Shown: in pieces, positions 17,043 to 24,922 of the stretch
Numbering within the stretch: position 1 is the first letter of the stretch
Layout of the letters: every line of letters starts with the position of its first letter
Assembly: GCA_003343885.1 (NCBI GenBank)
Contig: QAKH01000059.1
Span: 8,416 to 72,415, forward strand
Source of the DNA: Clostridiales bacterium
GTDB taxonomy: Bacteria; Bacillota; Clostridia; Oscillospirales; CAG-382
Reading direction: 5' to 3'
DNA: 64,000 nt
The notes under the pieces: generated by a model
Told to the model about the DNA's origin: nothing
What the model saw: only the letters and a program-made list of their open reading frames with translations
The model's database searches: none
Made by a program: the position numbers and the translations under genes

Positions 17043-18734
17043 GTGAAAATAGTAATAGTAGGCGGAGTTGCCGGCGGAGCAAGTGCAGCCGCAAGACTGC
17101 GCAGATTAGATGAAAAAGCAGAAATTGTGATGTTTGAGAAGAGCGGATATATTTCTTACGCAAACTGCGGACTGCCCTACTATATAGGCGGGGAAATAAC
17201 CGACAGCGAAGAGCTTACTCTTCAGACGCCGCAGAGCTTTAACGCAAGATTCAACGTTGATGTCCGAGTAAACAGAGAAGTTATAGATATAAACAGACAG
17301 AGTAAAACAGTTACTGTTCTAAAGACTGACAGCGGAAAGACATATGAGGAAAGCTATGACAAGCTGATCTTGGCTCCGGGAGCAATGCCGATTGTTCCGA
17401 ATTTCTCAGGAGTTGAGAACGAAAGAATTTTTACTCTCAGAAATGTCGAAGACACGTTCAAAATCAAAAGCTTTATAGATGAGAAGCAGCCGAAGTCGGC
17501 AGTGGTAATAGGCGGCGGATTTATCGGACTTGAGATGGCGGAAAATCTCGTCTCTCAAGGCATTGAAGTTACGCTTGCGGAAAAAATGCCGCAGCTTCTC
17601 GGCACTCTTGACTCGGATTTGGCTTCATTTGTTCACGCCAAATTTGCTTCAAAGGGCGTAAACTTAAAACTCGGCGTGACGGTAAAAGGCTTTGAGAGCC
17701 GTAACGGTAAAATAGCAGTGTTAGCGGATGAAATTCCTGAAACAGTCGCCGATATGGCAGTGCTTGCGCTGGGAGTGACTCCTGACAGCTCACTTGCTTC
17801 AAAAGCCGGACTGGAACTCGGTATGAAGGGTTCAATTGCCGTAAACAGCCATATGCAAACGTCTGATCCGGATATATACGCAGTAGGAGACGCAGTCGCG
17901 GTAGAGCACTTTGTCACAAAGCAGCCGGCGCTTATATCTCTCGCAGGTCCGGCTAATAAGCAGGGACGTATCGCCGCCGATAATATTTACGGTATAAGCA
18001 GCGTTTACCAAGGTTCACAGGGCTCGTCGGTAATAAAGCTTTTTGACATGACGGCGGCAACTACCGGAATAAATGAAAAACAGGCAAAAGCGCTCGGACT
18101 TGATTACGATAAGGTGATTTTGTCACCGTCCTCACATGCCGGATACTATCCGGGCGGAAAAGTGATGACGCTGAAAGTAATATACGAAAAGAAAACGCTC
18201 AAGATACTCGGAGCGCAGATAGTGGGCAGTGACGGCGTCGATAAAAGGATAGACGTGATTGCTGTTGCTATTCGTGCAGGTCTTTCCGCAATTCAGCTAA
18301 AAGACCTTGATCTCGCGTACGCTCCGCCGTATTCCTCGGCAAAAGATCCGGTGAATATGGCAGGATTTATGATTGAAAATATAGAAAACGGACTTGTTAA
18401 GCAGTTCCACTATGACGACATAGCAGAACTTAGAAACAGAAACGACTGCATATTGCTCGATACCCGAACAAATACAGAGTATTCACGAGGACATGCGGAA
18501 GGTTTTGTACATATCCCGGTCGATACTTTAAGAGACAGACTGGATGAGCTTGATAAATCCAAAAAAGTTTACGTGATGTGCCAGAGCGGACTCAGAAGCT
18601 ATATTGCTTGCAGAATTCTGTCTCAAAACGGATACGATTGCTATAATTTTTCCGGAGGATACAGACTGTATAACAGTATAAAGAATGATATCGTTCCGGC
18701 GGATAAAGCGTATCCGTGCGGAATGGAAAAATAA
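17043..18734 (+). CDS. CoA-disulfide reductase family flavoprotein fused to a C-terminal rhodanese domain (CoA-persulfide/polysulfide reductase type)
   Basis: The motifs are VIVGGVAGGASAAARLRR (FAD), the redox Cys in SYANCGLPYYIGG, and the C-terminal rhodanese loop MCQSGLRS. I chose the GTG start at 17043, after AAAGAGG. Confidence 0.88.
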   Translation: MKIVIVGGVAGGASAAARLRRLDEKAEIVMFEKSGYISYANCGLPYYIGGEITDSEELTLQTPQSFNARFNVDVRVNREVIDINRQSKTVTVLKTDSGKTYEESYDKLILAPGAMPIVPNFSGVENERIFTLRNVEDTFKIKSFIDEKQPKSAVVIGGGFIGLEMAENLVSQGIEVTLAEKMPQLLGTLDSDLASFVHAKFASKGVNLKLGVTVKGFESRNGKIAVLADEIPETVADMAVLALGVTPDSSLASKAGLELGMKGSIAVNSHMQTSDPDIYAVGDAVAVEHFVTKQPALISLAGPANKQGRIAADNIYGISSVYQGSQGSSVIKLFDMTAATTGINEKQAKALGLDYDKVILSPSSHAGYYPGGKVMTLKVIYEKKTLKILGAQIVGSDGVDKRIDVIAVAIRAGLSAIQLKDLDLAYAPPYSSAKDPVNMAGFMIENIENGLVKQFHYDDIAELRNRNDCILLDTRTNTEYSRGHAEGFVHIPVDTLRDRLDELDKSKKVYVMCQSGLRSYIACRILSQNGYDCYNFSGGYRLYNSIKNDIVPADKAYPCGMEK

Positions 18735-18740
18735 GTTGAT

Positions 18741-18790
18741 GGGTAGAATGGGGCTCTGCCCCATACCCCGCCCGCTTTTTCTTTTTATAA
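18741..18790. terminator. Intrinsic terminator after the redox operon
   Basis: The hairpin is gggtAGAatggggc-tct-gccccat-accc (18741-18768), followed by ...gctttttcttttt. Confidence 0.65.
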
Positions 18791-18829
18791 ATGAGGTTTT
18801 AACGTTAGTTTTCTTGCTGGTATTTTACT

Positions 18830-19085
18830 CAGGCGGCAAACCAAAACCCCATTAACAAAAAACCCAAAATTTCCCCAAAACACCGCCTGTGTTAGCCCGC
18901 AGTTGATAAGGAAAAAATAAAAACTGTGTTTTCTTGCGTTTCCACATAATGAGGAATTTCCGGTATCGCCGTAAAACATACGAAGCAGAGCGGAGTCGGA
19001 GTTTTACGGCGTCCATGGGAGCCGAGAGGGTGCACACACTTCCGGGTACTTTTTGGAAGCTTTTTTCTTCGAGGAAAAACTGCGG
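18830..19085. other. Structured noncoding region (candidate sRNA or repeat element; strand unknown)
   Basis: A 7-bp IR (18830-18836 with 18883-18889) encloses a 46-nt C/A-rich loop. An 8-bp pairing (18897-18904 with 19078-19085) encloses a centrally placed 11-bp hairpin (18967-18977 with 19001-19011). No credible ORF is present. Confidence 0.3.
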
Positions 19086-19222
19086 CAACAACACGCTGTG
19101 AATTACAATTTGCTATCTCATAAGAAATGAAAATAAACAGAATGCCATTTTAAAAAAGTTCCATGAATTATATTTTTTTACATAAAATAAATAAAATATT
19201 AATATATTCGGGCTCAATTTTG

Positions 19223-19251
19223 TTGAAATCAATATTTGTTTGCTATATAAT
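19223..19251 (+). promoter_or_regulatory. Sigma-A-type promoter of the dcw operon
   Basis: TTGAAA (19223-19228), a 17-nt spacer, then TATAAT (19246-19251). Confidence 0.65.
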
Positions 19252-19260
19252 ATAACCAAG

Positions 19261-19310
19261 TGGAGCGAAAAACCTTAAAAAGGATTGATTTTCCCTAAAA
19301 TGGAGCGAAA
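19261..19310 (+). promoter_or_regulatory. Two exact 10-bp direct repeats TGGAGCGAAA between the promoter and mraZ (candidate MraZ operator)
   Basis: The copies lie at 19261-19270 and 19301-19310, 40 bp apart start to start, immediately downstream of the -10 box. Confidence 0.4.
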
Positions 19311-19330
19311 TTTAAGAGGAGGTGCATGGC

Positions 19331-19750
19331 GTGTTTTCCGGAAAAGCTTATCACACAATCGACGCTAAGGGAAGACTGTTTATACCTGCCATGTACCGTG
19401 AAGAACTCGGAAACAGCTTCATTGTCGCAAAAGGTTTTACCGATCCGTACCTCATTGTTTATCCTCAAAGTGAATGGGAAACTTTCATAGAGAAGGTAGA
19501 CGAGCTGGGACTTGATAAAAGGGCAAGAAGTTTGAAAAAGTACTTTATGATGAGCGCAAATCCAACTGAAATGGACGCACAGGGCAGGTTTGTTTTGTCT
19601 AAAGAACATAGAGAGTTTGCCGGACTTACTAAGGAAGTCATTGTTTTGGGAATGAATAAAACAATAGAAATCTGGGACAGAGCATTGCTTGAAAAGCAAA
19701 CCGAACAGCCGCCTGAAGACTTGGAAGAGTTTCTCAGTATGCTTAAATAA
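19331..19750 (+). CDS. mraZ: Transcriptional regulator MraZ
   Basis: The protein has FSGKAYHTIDAKGRLFIPA and a second DAQGRFVL repeat (two SpoVT/AbrB-type halves). GTG 19331 lies 8 nt after AGGAGG, and the ORF itself opens at 19322. Confidence 0.93.
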   Translation: MFSGKAYHTIDAKGRLFIPAMYREELGNSFIVAKGFTDPYLIVYPQSEWETFIEKVDELGLDKRARSLKKYFMMSANPTEMDAQGRFVLSKEHREFAGLTKEVIVLGMNKTIEIWDRALLEKQTEQPPEDLEEFLSMLK

Positions 19751-19776
19751 TAACCGGGTAGGAAAGCAGGTAGAAA

Positions 19777-20718
19777 ATGCAGGAGAATTACGGACACTAT
19801 TCGGTTATGCTTGCCGAGACCGTAGACAGCTTGAATATAAAGCCCGGCGGAGTGTACGTGGACTGTACCCTCGGAGGAGCCGGACACTCAGCGAGAATTC
19901 TTGAAAAAATGGGCGGCGACGGAAAACTTGTAGGCATTGACCGTGATGAGTACGCAATACAAAAAGCGTCGCAGCGCCTTGAAAAATACAAAGACAACAT
20001 TTTGCTGATTAAGGGCAATTTTTGCGACGCCCCCGAGCTGTTAAGCGAAAACGGTATACATAAAATTGACGGAGTGGTCGCAGATCTCGGAGTATCTTCC
20101 TTTCAGCTTGATAACGCTGACAGAGGTTTTTCGTATATGCACGACGCTCCGCTTGATATGCGTATGTCAAGACAGGACAAGCTAAGTGCGTACGACGTAG
20201 TAAACGGTTATGAAGAAAAAGAACTGTCACGTATAATAAATCTTTTCGGCGAAGAAAGATTTGCGTCAAAGATAGCGTACAATATATGCCGTACAAGAGA
20301 AAAACAACCGATTAAAACAACCGCAGAGCTTGCGGAAGTGGTGAAAAACTCGATACCTGCCAAAAACAGAGCCGACGGACCTCACCCGGCAAAAAGAACT
20401 TTTCAGGCGATCCGAATAGAGGTAAACGGCGAGCTTGACGTTATAGACAAGATGATACTCGGCCTTTTTCCGATGCTTGAATCCGGGGGGAGGATGGCGG
20501 TAATTACCTTCCATTCACTTGAGGACAGAATCGTTAAGCATACCTTTGCGGAACTTGCAAAAGGCTGTGAGTGCCCGCCTGATTTTCCGGTGTGCGTGTG
20601 CGGGAAGAAGCCGCAGGGCGTTGTCGTGACAAAAAAACCGATTTTGCCTTCAGAGCAGGAGCTTGAGGAAAATCCTCGTTCCAGAAGCGCAAAACTGAGA
20701 GTTTGCGAAAAAATTTAA
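19777..20718 (+). CDS. rsmH: 16S rRNA (cytosine1402-N4)-methyltransferase RsmH
   Basis: The protein has HYSVML, VYVDCTLGGAGHS and FHSLEDR, and sits in the position after mraZ. Confidence 0.96.
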   Translation: MQENYGHYSVMLAETVDSLNIKPGGVYVDCTLGGAGHSARILEKMGGDGKLVGIDRDEYAIQKASQRLEKYKDNILLIKGNFCDAPELLSENGIHKIDGVVADLGVSSFQLDNADRGFSYMHDAPLDMRMSRQDKLSAYDVVNGYEEKELSRIINLFGEERFASKIAYNICRTREKQPIKTTAELAEVVKNSIPAKNRADGPHPAKRTFQAIRIEVNGELDVIDKMILGLFPMLESGGRMAVITFHSLEDRIVKHTFAELAKGCECPPDFPVCVCGKKPQGVVVTKKPILPSEQELEENPRSRSAKLRVCEKI

Positions 20719-20727
20719 ATATATAAA

Positions 20728-21558
20728 GTGGGAAAAATACAAAACAAATATGATGAAAGAAAGGAATGCTGCAAAATGACGTATAATGCCGGCATAGAAT
20801 ACATAAATCTCAAGGACGCTAAATACAATAGAGATAAGAGGATGATGAAAACCGGCGTAAAATCTCCGGTATCAGTATCGGCAAACACCGTCAGAACAGC
20901 TCCTGTTCGTTCGTCACAGAACACCGCTGTTTCCAGAAGCAAAAATAACGCTTCGAGGAATACCGCAAGTTCAGTTATCCCTGTTAAAAGAAATGTACCG
21001 GCATATGCTAAGACAATGTCAAAACCATATTCATATTCACGAGCACACGCTTCCGTACGTGTAAATCCTGTCGATGAAGAGTATACGGCAAAGGACGTTA
21101 TCGGCGACATTGCTGATGCGATAGGTCGTGCTGCGGCAAAAAAGCTCAAGGAAGCCGAGAGGGAAAGATCAAGACGCCCGAGATACATAGTTAGAAAAGC
21201 GGAAAATATAAAACCGCTGCCTATATCTGTCATAGGCTATATGCTGGTCTTTGCGGCTATCGCAGCATTCTTGGTTCTTGGCAACAGCAGGATAAACGAG
21301 GCAACGCTAAAGGCTGATGCTCTTAAAAGTGAGATAGCGCTTGAAACAGAGCGCTCATATGAGCTGTCATCTGCAATAAACCAGAGAAAAGATATGGCGT
21401 ATATAGAAGATTACGCTGAAAACGTTCTCGGTATGGTTAAATCGACCGATGTTGCAAAAAGATATGTGAGCATTTCGGGCGAAGACAAGATAGTTGTAAG
21501 AAACGCTGCCATTGAACCGTCAAATCAAACAGCGGAGCAGACGGTATCAGGAAATTGA
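20728..21558 (+). CDS. FtsL-like bitopic cell-division protein with a long basic/Ser-rich N-terminal extension
   Basis: It has a single TM helix (ISVIGYMLVFAAIAAFLVLG) followed by coiled-coil-like sequence. It sits between rsmH and the PBP, where ftsL normally lies. Confidence 0.6.
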   Translation: MGKIQNKYDERKECCKMTYNAGIEYINLKDAKYNRDKRMMKTGVKSPVSVSANTVRTAPVRSSQNTAVSRSKNNASRNTASSVIPVKRNVPAYAKTMSKPYSYSRAHASVRVNPVDEEYTAKDVIGDIADAIGRAAAKKLKEAERERSRRPRYIVRKAENIKPLPISVIGYMLVFAAIAAFLVLGNSRINEATLKADALKSEIALETERSYELSSAINQRKDMAYIEDYAENVLGMVKSTDVAKRYVSISGEDKIVVRNAAIEPSNQTAEQTVSGN

Positions 21559-21582
21559 AGTAAATATTAGGCAAACAGGAGG

Positions 21583-23841
21583 ATGCACATGTTTGGAAAT
21601 AATATAAAGAAACCGATGTATATCCGTGGGATAATGGTTATTTGTGTGTTCATCCTGCTTGCGGTGCTTTTAGGAGCAAGACTTTGGTATTTGCAGATAA
21701 TAGAAGCTGATAAATATAAAACGGGAGCATACGAGCAGTATACTACCGAAATAACAATAAGCCCTCAAAGGGGTACTATTTACGACCGTAACATGACGCC
21801 GCTGGCTGTAAGTGCTACGGTTGAAACTGTTTTTATATCACCGTACGAGATAGCTACACAAAACGAAAACAAGCCGGCGGATGAAATTGTTGATATTGAG
21901 GCTGAAAAGAATAAGATAGCGGATTTTCTTTCTGTTACGCTTGACGTTGACAAACAAGAGATCCTTGATCGTATGGAAAAGACGAATTCGCAGTATCAGA
22001 TTATAAAGAAAAAAGTAGAAAGAGATATTTGCGACCAAATAAGAGTTTTTATTAACGAAAATGATATAGTCGGCATACATCTTGAGGAAGATGTAAAAAG
22101 ATATTATCCGTACGGCAGTCTTGCCAGTCATGTTATCGGTTTTACTAATTCTGAAAACGTCGGAGTACTGGGCGTGGAGTCGTATTATGAAAACTACCTC
22201 AAGGGAAGCTCCGGAAAGATAGTGACAGCGCAAAACGCAACCGGCAAGGATATGCCCTTTGAATATGAAAGTTACGTCGAAGCAGAGAACGGAACAAACG
22301 TTGTCCTGACGATAGATTGGCAAATACAGTCTATTTTGGAAAAAAATCTCGAAATCGCGCTCAGCGATACAAATGCGCAAAACCGTGTTTTCGGCATTAT
22401 AATGGACGTTAATACCGCTGAAATTCTAGCTATGTCTACCAAACCCGACTACGATTTAAATTCTCCGTATGAACTGGATGAACTTTCTCAAGCCAAACTT
22501 GATGCTTTTGTCGGAACAGAGGAAGAGAAAAATACTTACTATAAAGAACTGCTTGAAGGACTTTGGAAAAATAAAGTAATAACAGAGACGTATGAACCCG
22601 GTTCAACCTTTAAACTCATAACAAGCGCTATGGCTATGGAAGAAAACGTTGTGTCCGAGAGCGATATGTTTTATTGCTCAGGTTCAAAGAGTATCGGAGG
22701 GTATGTAATACACTGCCATCAGGCCGGCGGACACGGTTCGGAGAACTTTGAGCAGGCACTGCAGAATTCCTGTAACCCGGTGTTTATGGAACTTGCCGAA
22801 AGAGTCGGAAAAGAGAGTTTTTATAAATATTTTGAGGCGTATGGCTTTACAGAAAAAACAGGAATTGATTTAGCCGGAGAAGTTTCAAGTATATACCACA
22901 CAAATATTGATGAATTCAACCAGACCGAGCTTGCTGTTTATTCCTTCGGTCAGACCTTTAAAATTACACCTATGCAGCAGATCTGCGGAGTTTCCGCAGT
23001 GGCAAACGGGGGAGATCTGCTGAAGCCTCATGTTGTTAAAGCCCTGGTTGACGATGAGGGAAATGTAATAAAGAGTTATGATACCGAGGTAGTACGCAAG
23101 GTAAACTCTGAAGAAACTTCAAAAACGCTGATGGCATATCTGATGAACGGCATAAACGTAGGTTCGACAAAAAATGCTTACGTAAAAGGGTATAATATAG
23201 CAGCGAAAACCGGAACTTCACAAAAAAGAGATAAGGAAGGCAATCTTTATATAGGTTCCTGCGTTGCCTTTGCACCGGCAGAGGATCCTCAGATAGCAAT
23301 ACTTATCGGTATAGACGAACCGTCAAACGGTGAGTACTACGGAGGAGTTATCGCGGCTCCGGTTGTTTCGTCCGTACTTTCGGAAGTTTTGCCTTACCTC
23401 AACATAGAACCTTCTCTTACTGAAGAAGAAGCGGCGACGCTTGATGTTCCGGTGTCGGATTACAGAGGAATGACTCTTGAAGAAGCAAAAGAAGCAGTCC
23501 AAAATTCCGGATTTACCACAAAGGTAATAGGAGATGGAGATACAGTTACAGAACAGCTTCCTCGTTATGGCGGAAAGATCCCGCAGGGAGGAATAGTAAT
23601 ACTGTATACCGGCTCCGAGGTCCCGACAGAAAACGTGACTGTTCCTGATGTGTCCGGATATTCGCCGGCACAGGCAAATAAGACGCTTATAAATGCTGGA
23701 CTGAATATAAGAATGGAAGGCGCTTACAGAGAAGATGTTTCGGGCGCAGTAGCCTCAAAACAGACTCCGGAAGCTGGAGCTGTCGTTCAACCCGGAACTG
23801 TCGTGGAAGTTGAATTCTGGCATATGGATTCGTATGATTAA
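21583..23841 (+). CDS. Class B penicillin-binding protein (SpoVD/FtsI type) with two C-terminal PASTA domains
   Basis: It has an N-terminal TM anchor and the motifs SxxK (PGSTFKLIT), SxN (NSCNPVF) and KTG (AAKTGTSQ). Two PASTA-like repeats end the protein. Confidence 0.92.
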   Translation: MHMFGNNIKKPMYIRGIMVICVFILLAVLLGARLWYLQIIEADKYKTGAYEQYTTEITISPQRGTIYDRNMTPLAVSATVETVFISPYEIATQNENKPADEIVDIEAEKNKIADFLSVTLDVDKQEILDRMEKTNSQYQIIKKKVERDICDQIRVFINENDIVGIHLEEDVKRYYPYGSLASHVIGFTNSENVGVLGVESYYENYLKGSSGKIVTAQNATGKDMPFEYESYVEAENGTNVVLTIDWQIQSILEKNLEIALSDTNAQNRVFGIIMDVNTAEILAMSTKPDYDLNSPYELDELSQAKLDAFVGTEEEKNTYYKELLEGLWKNKVITETYEPGSTFKLITSAMAMEENVVSESDMFYCSGSKSIGGYVIHCHQAGGHGSENFEQALQNSCNPVFMELAERVGKESFYKYFEAYGFTEKTGIDLAGEVSSIYHTNIDEFNQTELAVYSFGQTFKITPMQQICGVSAVANGGDLLKPHVVKALVDDEGNVIKSYDTEVVRKVNSEETSKTLMAYLMNGINVGSTKNAYVKGYNIAAKTGTSQKRDKEGNLYIGSCVAFAPAEDPQIAILIGIDEPSNGEYYGGVIAAPVVSSVLSEVLPYLNIEPSLTEEEAATLDVPVSDYRGMTLEEAKEAVQNSGFTTKVIGDGDTVTEQLPRYGGKIPQGGIVILYTGSEVPTENVTVPDVSGYSPAQANKTLINAGLNIRMEGAYREDVSGAVASKQTPEAGAVVQPGTVVEVEFWHMDSYD

Positions 23842-23885
23842 CCAATGCGGTCAAAACCAAGGAATGTAATTGGAGAGTGTTAGGT

Positions 23886-24869
23886 ATGGACAATACAACC
23901 TATGTTATGCTTGGCGGAGCTATAATTTGCTTTGCCGCGACGGCGGTGTTGGGGAAAATATTTATTCCTGTGCTCAAGAGTATTAAAATGGGACAGAAAA
24001 TATTGGATATAGGCCCGAGATGGCATAAATCCAAAGAAGGCACTCCGACAATGGGAGGACTGTTCTTCATAGTGCCGATTGTGGCTGTCGGAGCTGCAAT
24101 AGGCGTTATCAGCGGCAACAGCGCAATATATATACACCTTGCATTCCTGCTTCTCAACGGAGCTATCGGTTTTATCGACGACTACGTAAAGTTCTTCAAA
24201 AAGCAAAATGCCGGACTTTCTCCGTCGCAAAAGATGATTTTGCAGTTTACTGTTGCGGCGGCATACATATTCGCTCTTTACGCTACCGAACATATCGATA
24301 CTGTTATAAAACTGCCGTTTACAAGCGAAAGCTTTGAATTAAATATCGTTGTGTATTGCCTGCTTGCCGTAGTCGGAATAGTTTTTACGGTAAACAGCGT
24401 AAACCTTACTGACGGAATAGACGGACTTGCGTCAAGCATTACCGCAGTTGTGATGGTGTTTATGGCTGCTCTTGGATTTAAGACAGAGAATGAAATTGCC
24501 GTTATACTGTCAGGCTGTGTTATCGGAGGAACGCTTGGATTCTTGGTATATAATTTTTATCCGGCAAAGGTTTTCATGGGCGATACCGGCTCTCTGTTTC
24601 TCGGGGCTGCGGTCAGCAGTATGGCGTTTGTACTCGATTGTCCGCTGCTGCTGATTTTTACGGGATTTATGTATTACGTGGAAGCGTTTTCGGTAATAAT
24701 ACAGGTAACAAGCTATAAGCTTACAAAAAAAAGAGTGTTTAAAATGACGCCGATACATCATCATTTTGAGATGAGCGGATGGTCGGAAATAAAAATAGTT
24801 ACCGTGTTTTCGGTAATAACTGCGTTAACATGCACGCTTGGAAGCTTCGGATTTTTGCCGGTGCTGTAA
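23886..24869 (+). CDS. mraY: Phospho-N-acetylmuramoyl-pentapeptide transferase MraY
   Basis: The protein has TPTMGG, NLTDGIDGLA and the HHHFE motif. ATG 23886 lies 8 nt after GGAGAG. Confidence 0.95.
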   Translation: MDNTTYVMLGGAIICFAATAVLGKIFIPVLKSIKMGQKILDIGPRWHKSKEGTPTMGGLFFIVPIVAVGAAIGVISGNSAIYIHLAFLLLNGAIGFIDDYVKFFKKQNAGLSPSQKMILQFTVAAAYIFALYATEHIDTVIKLPFTSESFELNIVVYCLLAVVGIVFTVNSVNLTDGIDGLASSITAVVMVFMAALGFKTENEIAVILSGCVIGGTLGFLVYNFYPAKVFMGDTGSLFLGAAVSSMAFVLDCPLLLIFTGFMYYVEAFSVIIQVTSYKLTKKRVFKMTPIHHHFEMSGWSEIKIVTVFSVITALTCTLGSFGFLPVL

Positions 24870-24922
24870 TGATGCAAATGTAATGTAAAGACATAAAATT
24901 TCATAAGAAAAGAGGAAGAACT

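Noticed and set aside
18785-19094. Two minus-strand ORFs (64 and 80 aa) in the long gap before mraZ.
   Set aside because: They have no SD sequences and odd composition (Phe/Leu/Arg/Lys runs), and they span hairpin-forming repeats. I treated the region as noncoding and structured (see findings).
19295-19887. Minus-strand ORFs of 134 and 140 aa overlapping mraZ and the rsmH start.
   Set aside because: They are antisense to two highly conserved genes.
20715-21233. A 172-aa minus-strand ORF opposite the N-terminal extension of the FtsL-like gene.
   Set aside because: It is an antisense shadow. The plus-strand frame continues into the TM and coiled-coil part expected at this dcw position, although the N-terminal extension of the plus-strand protein is itself low-complexity.
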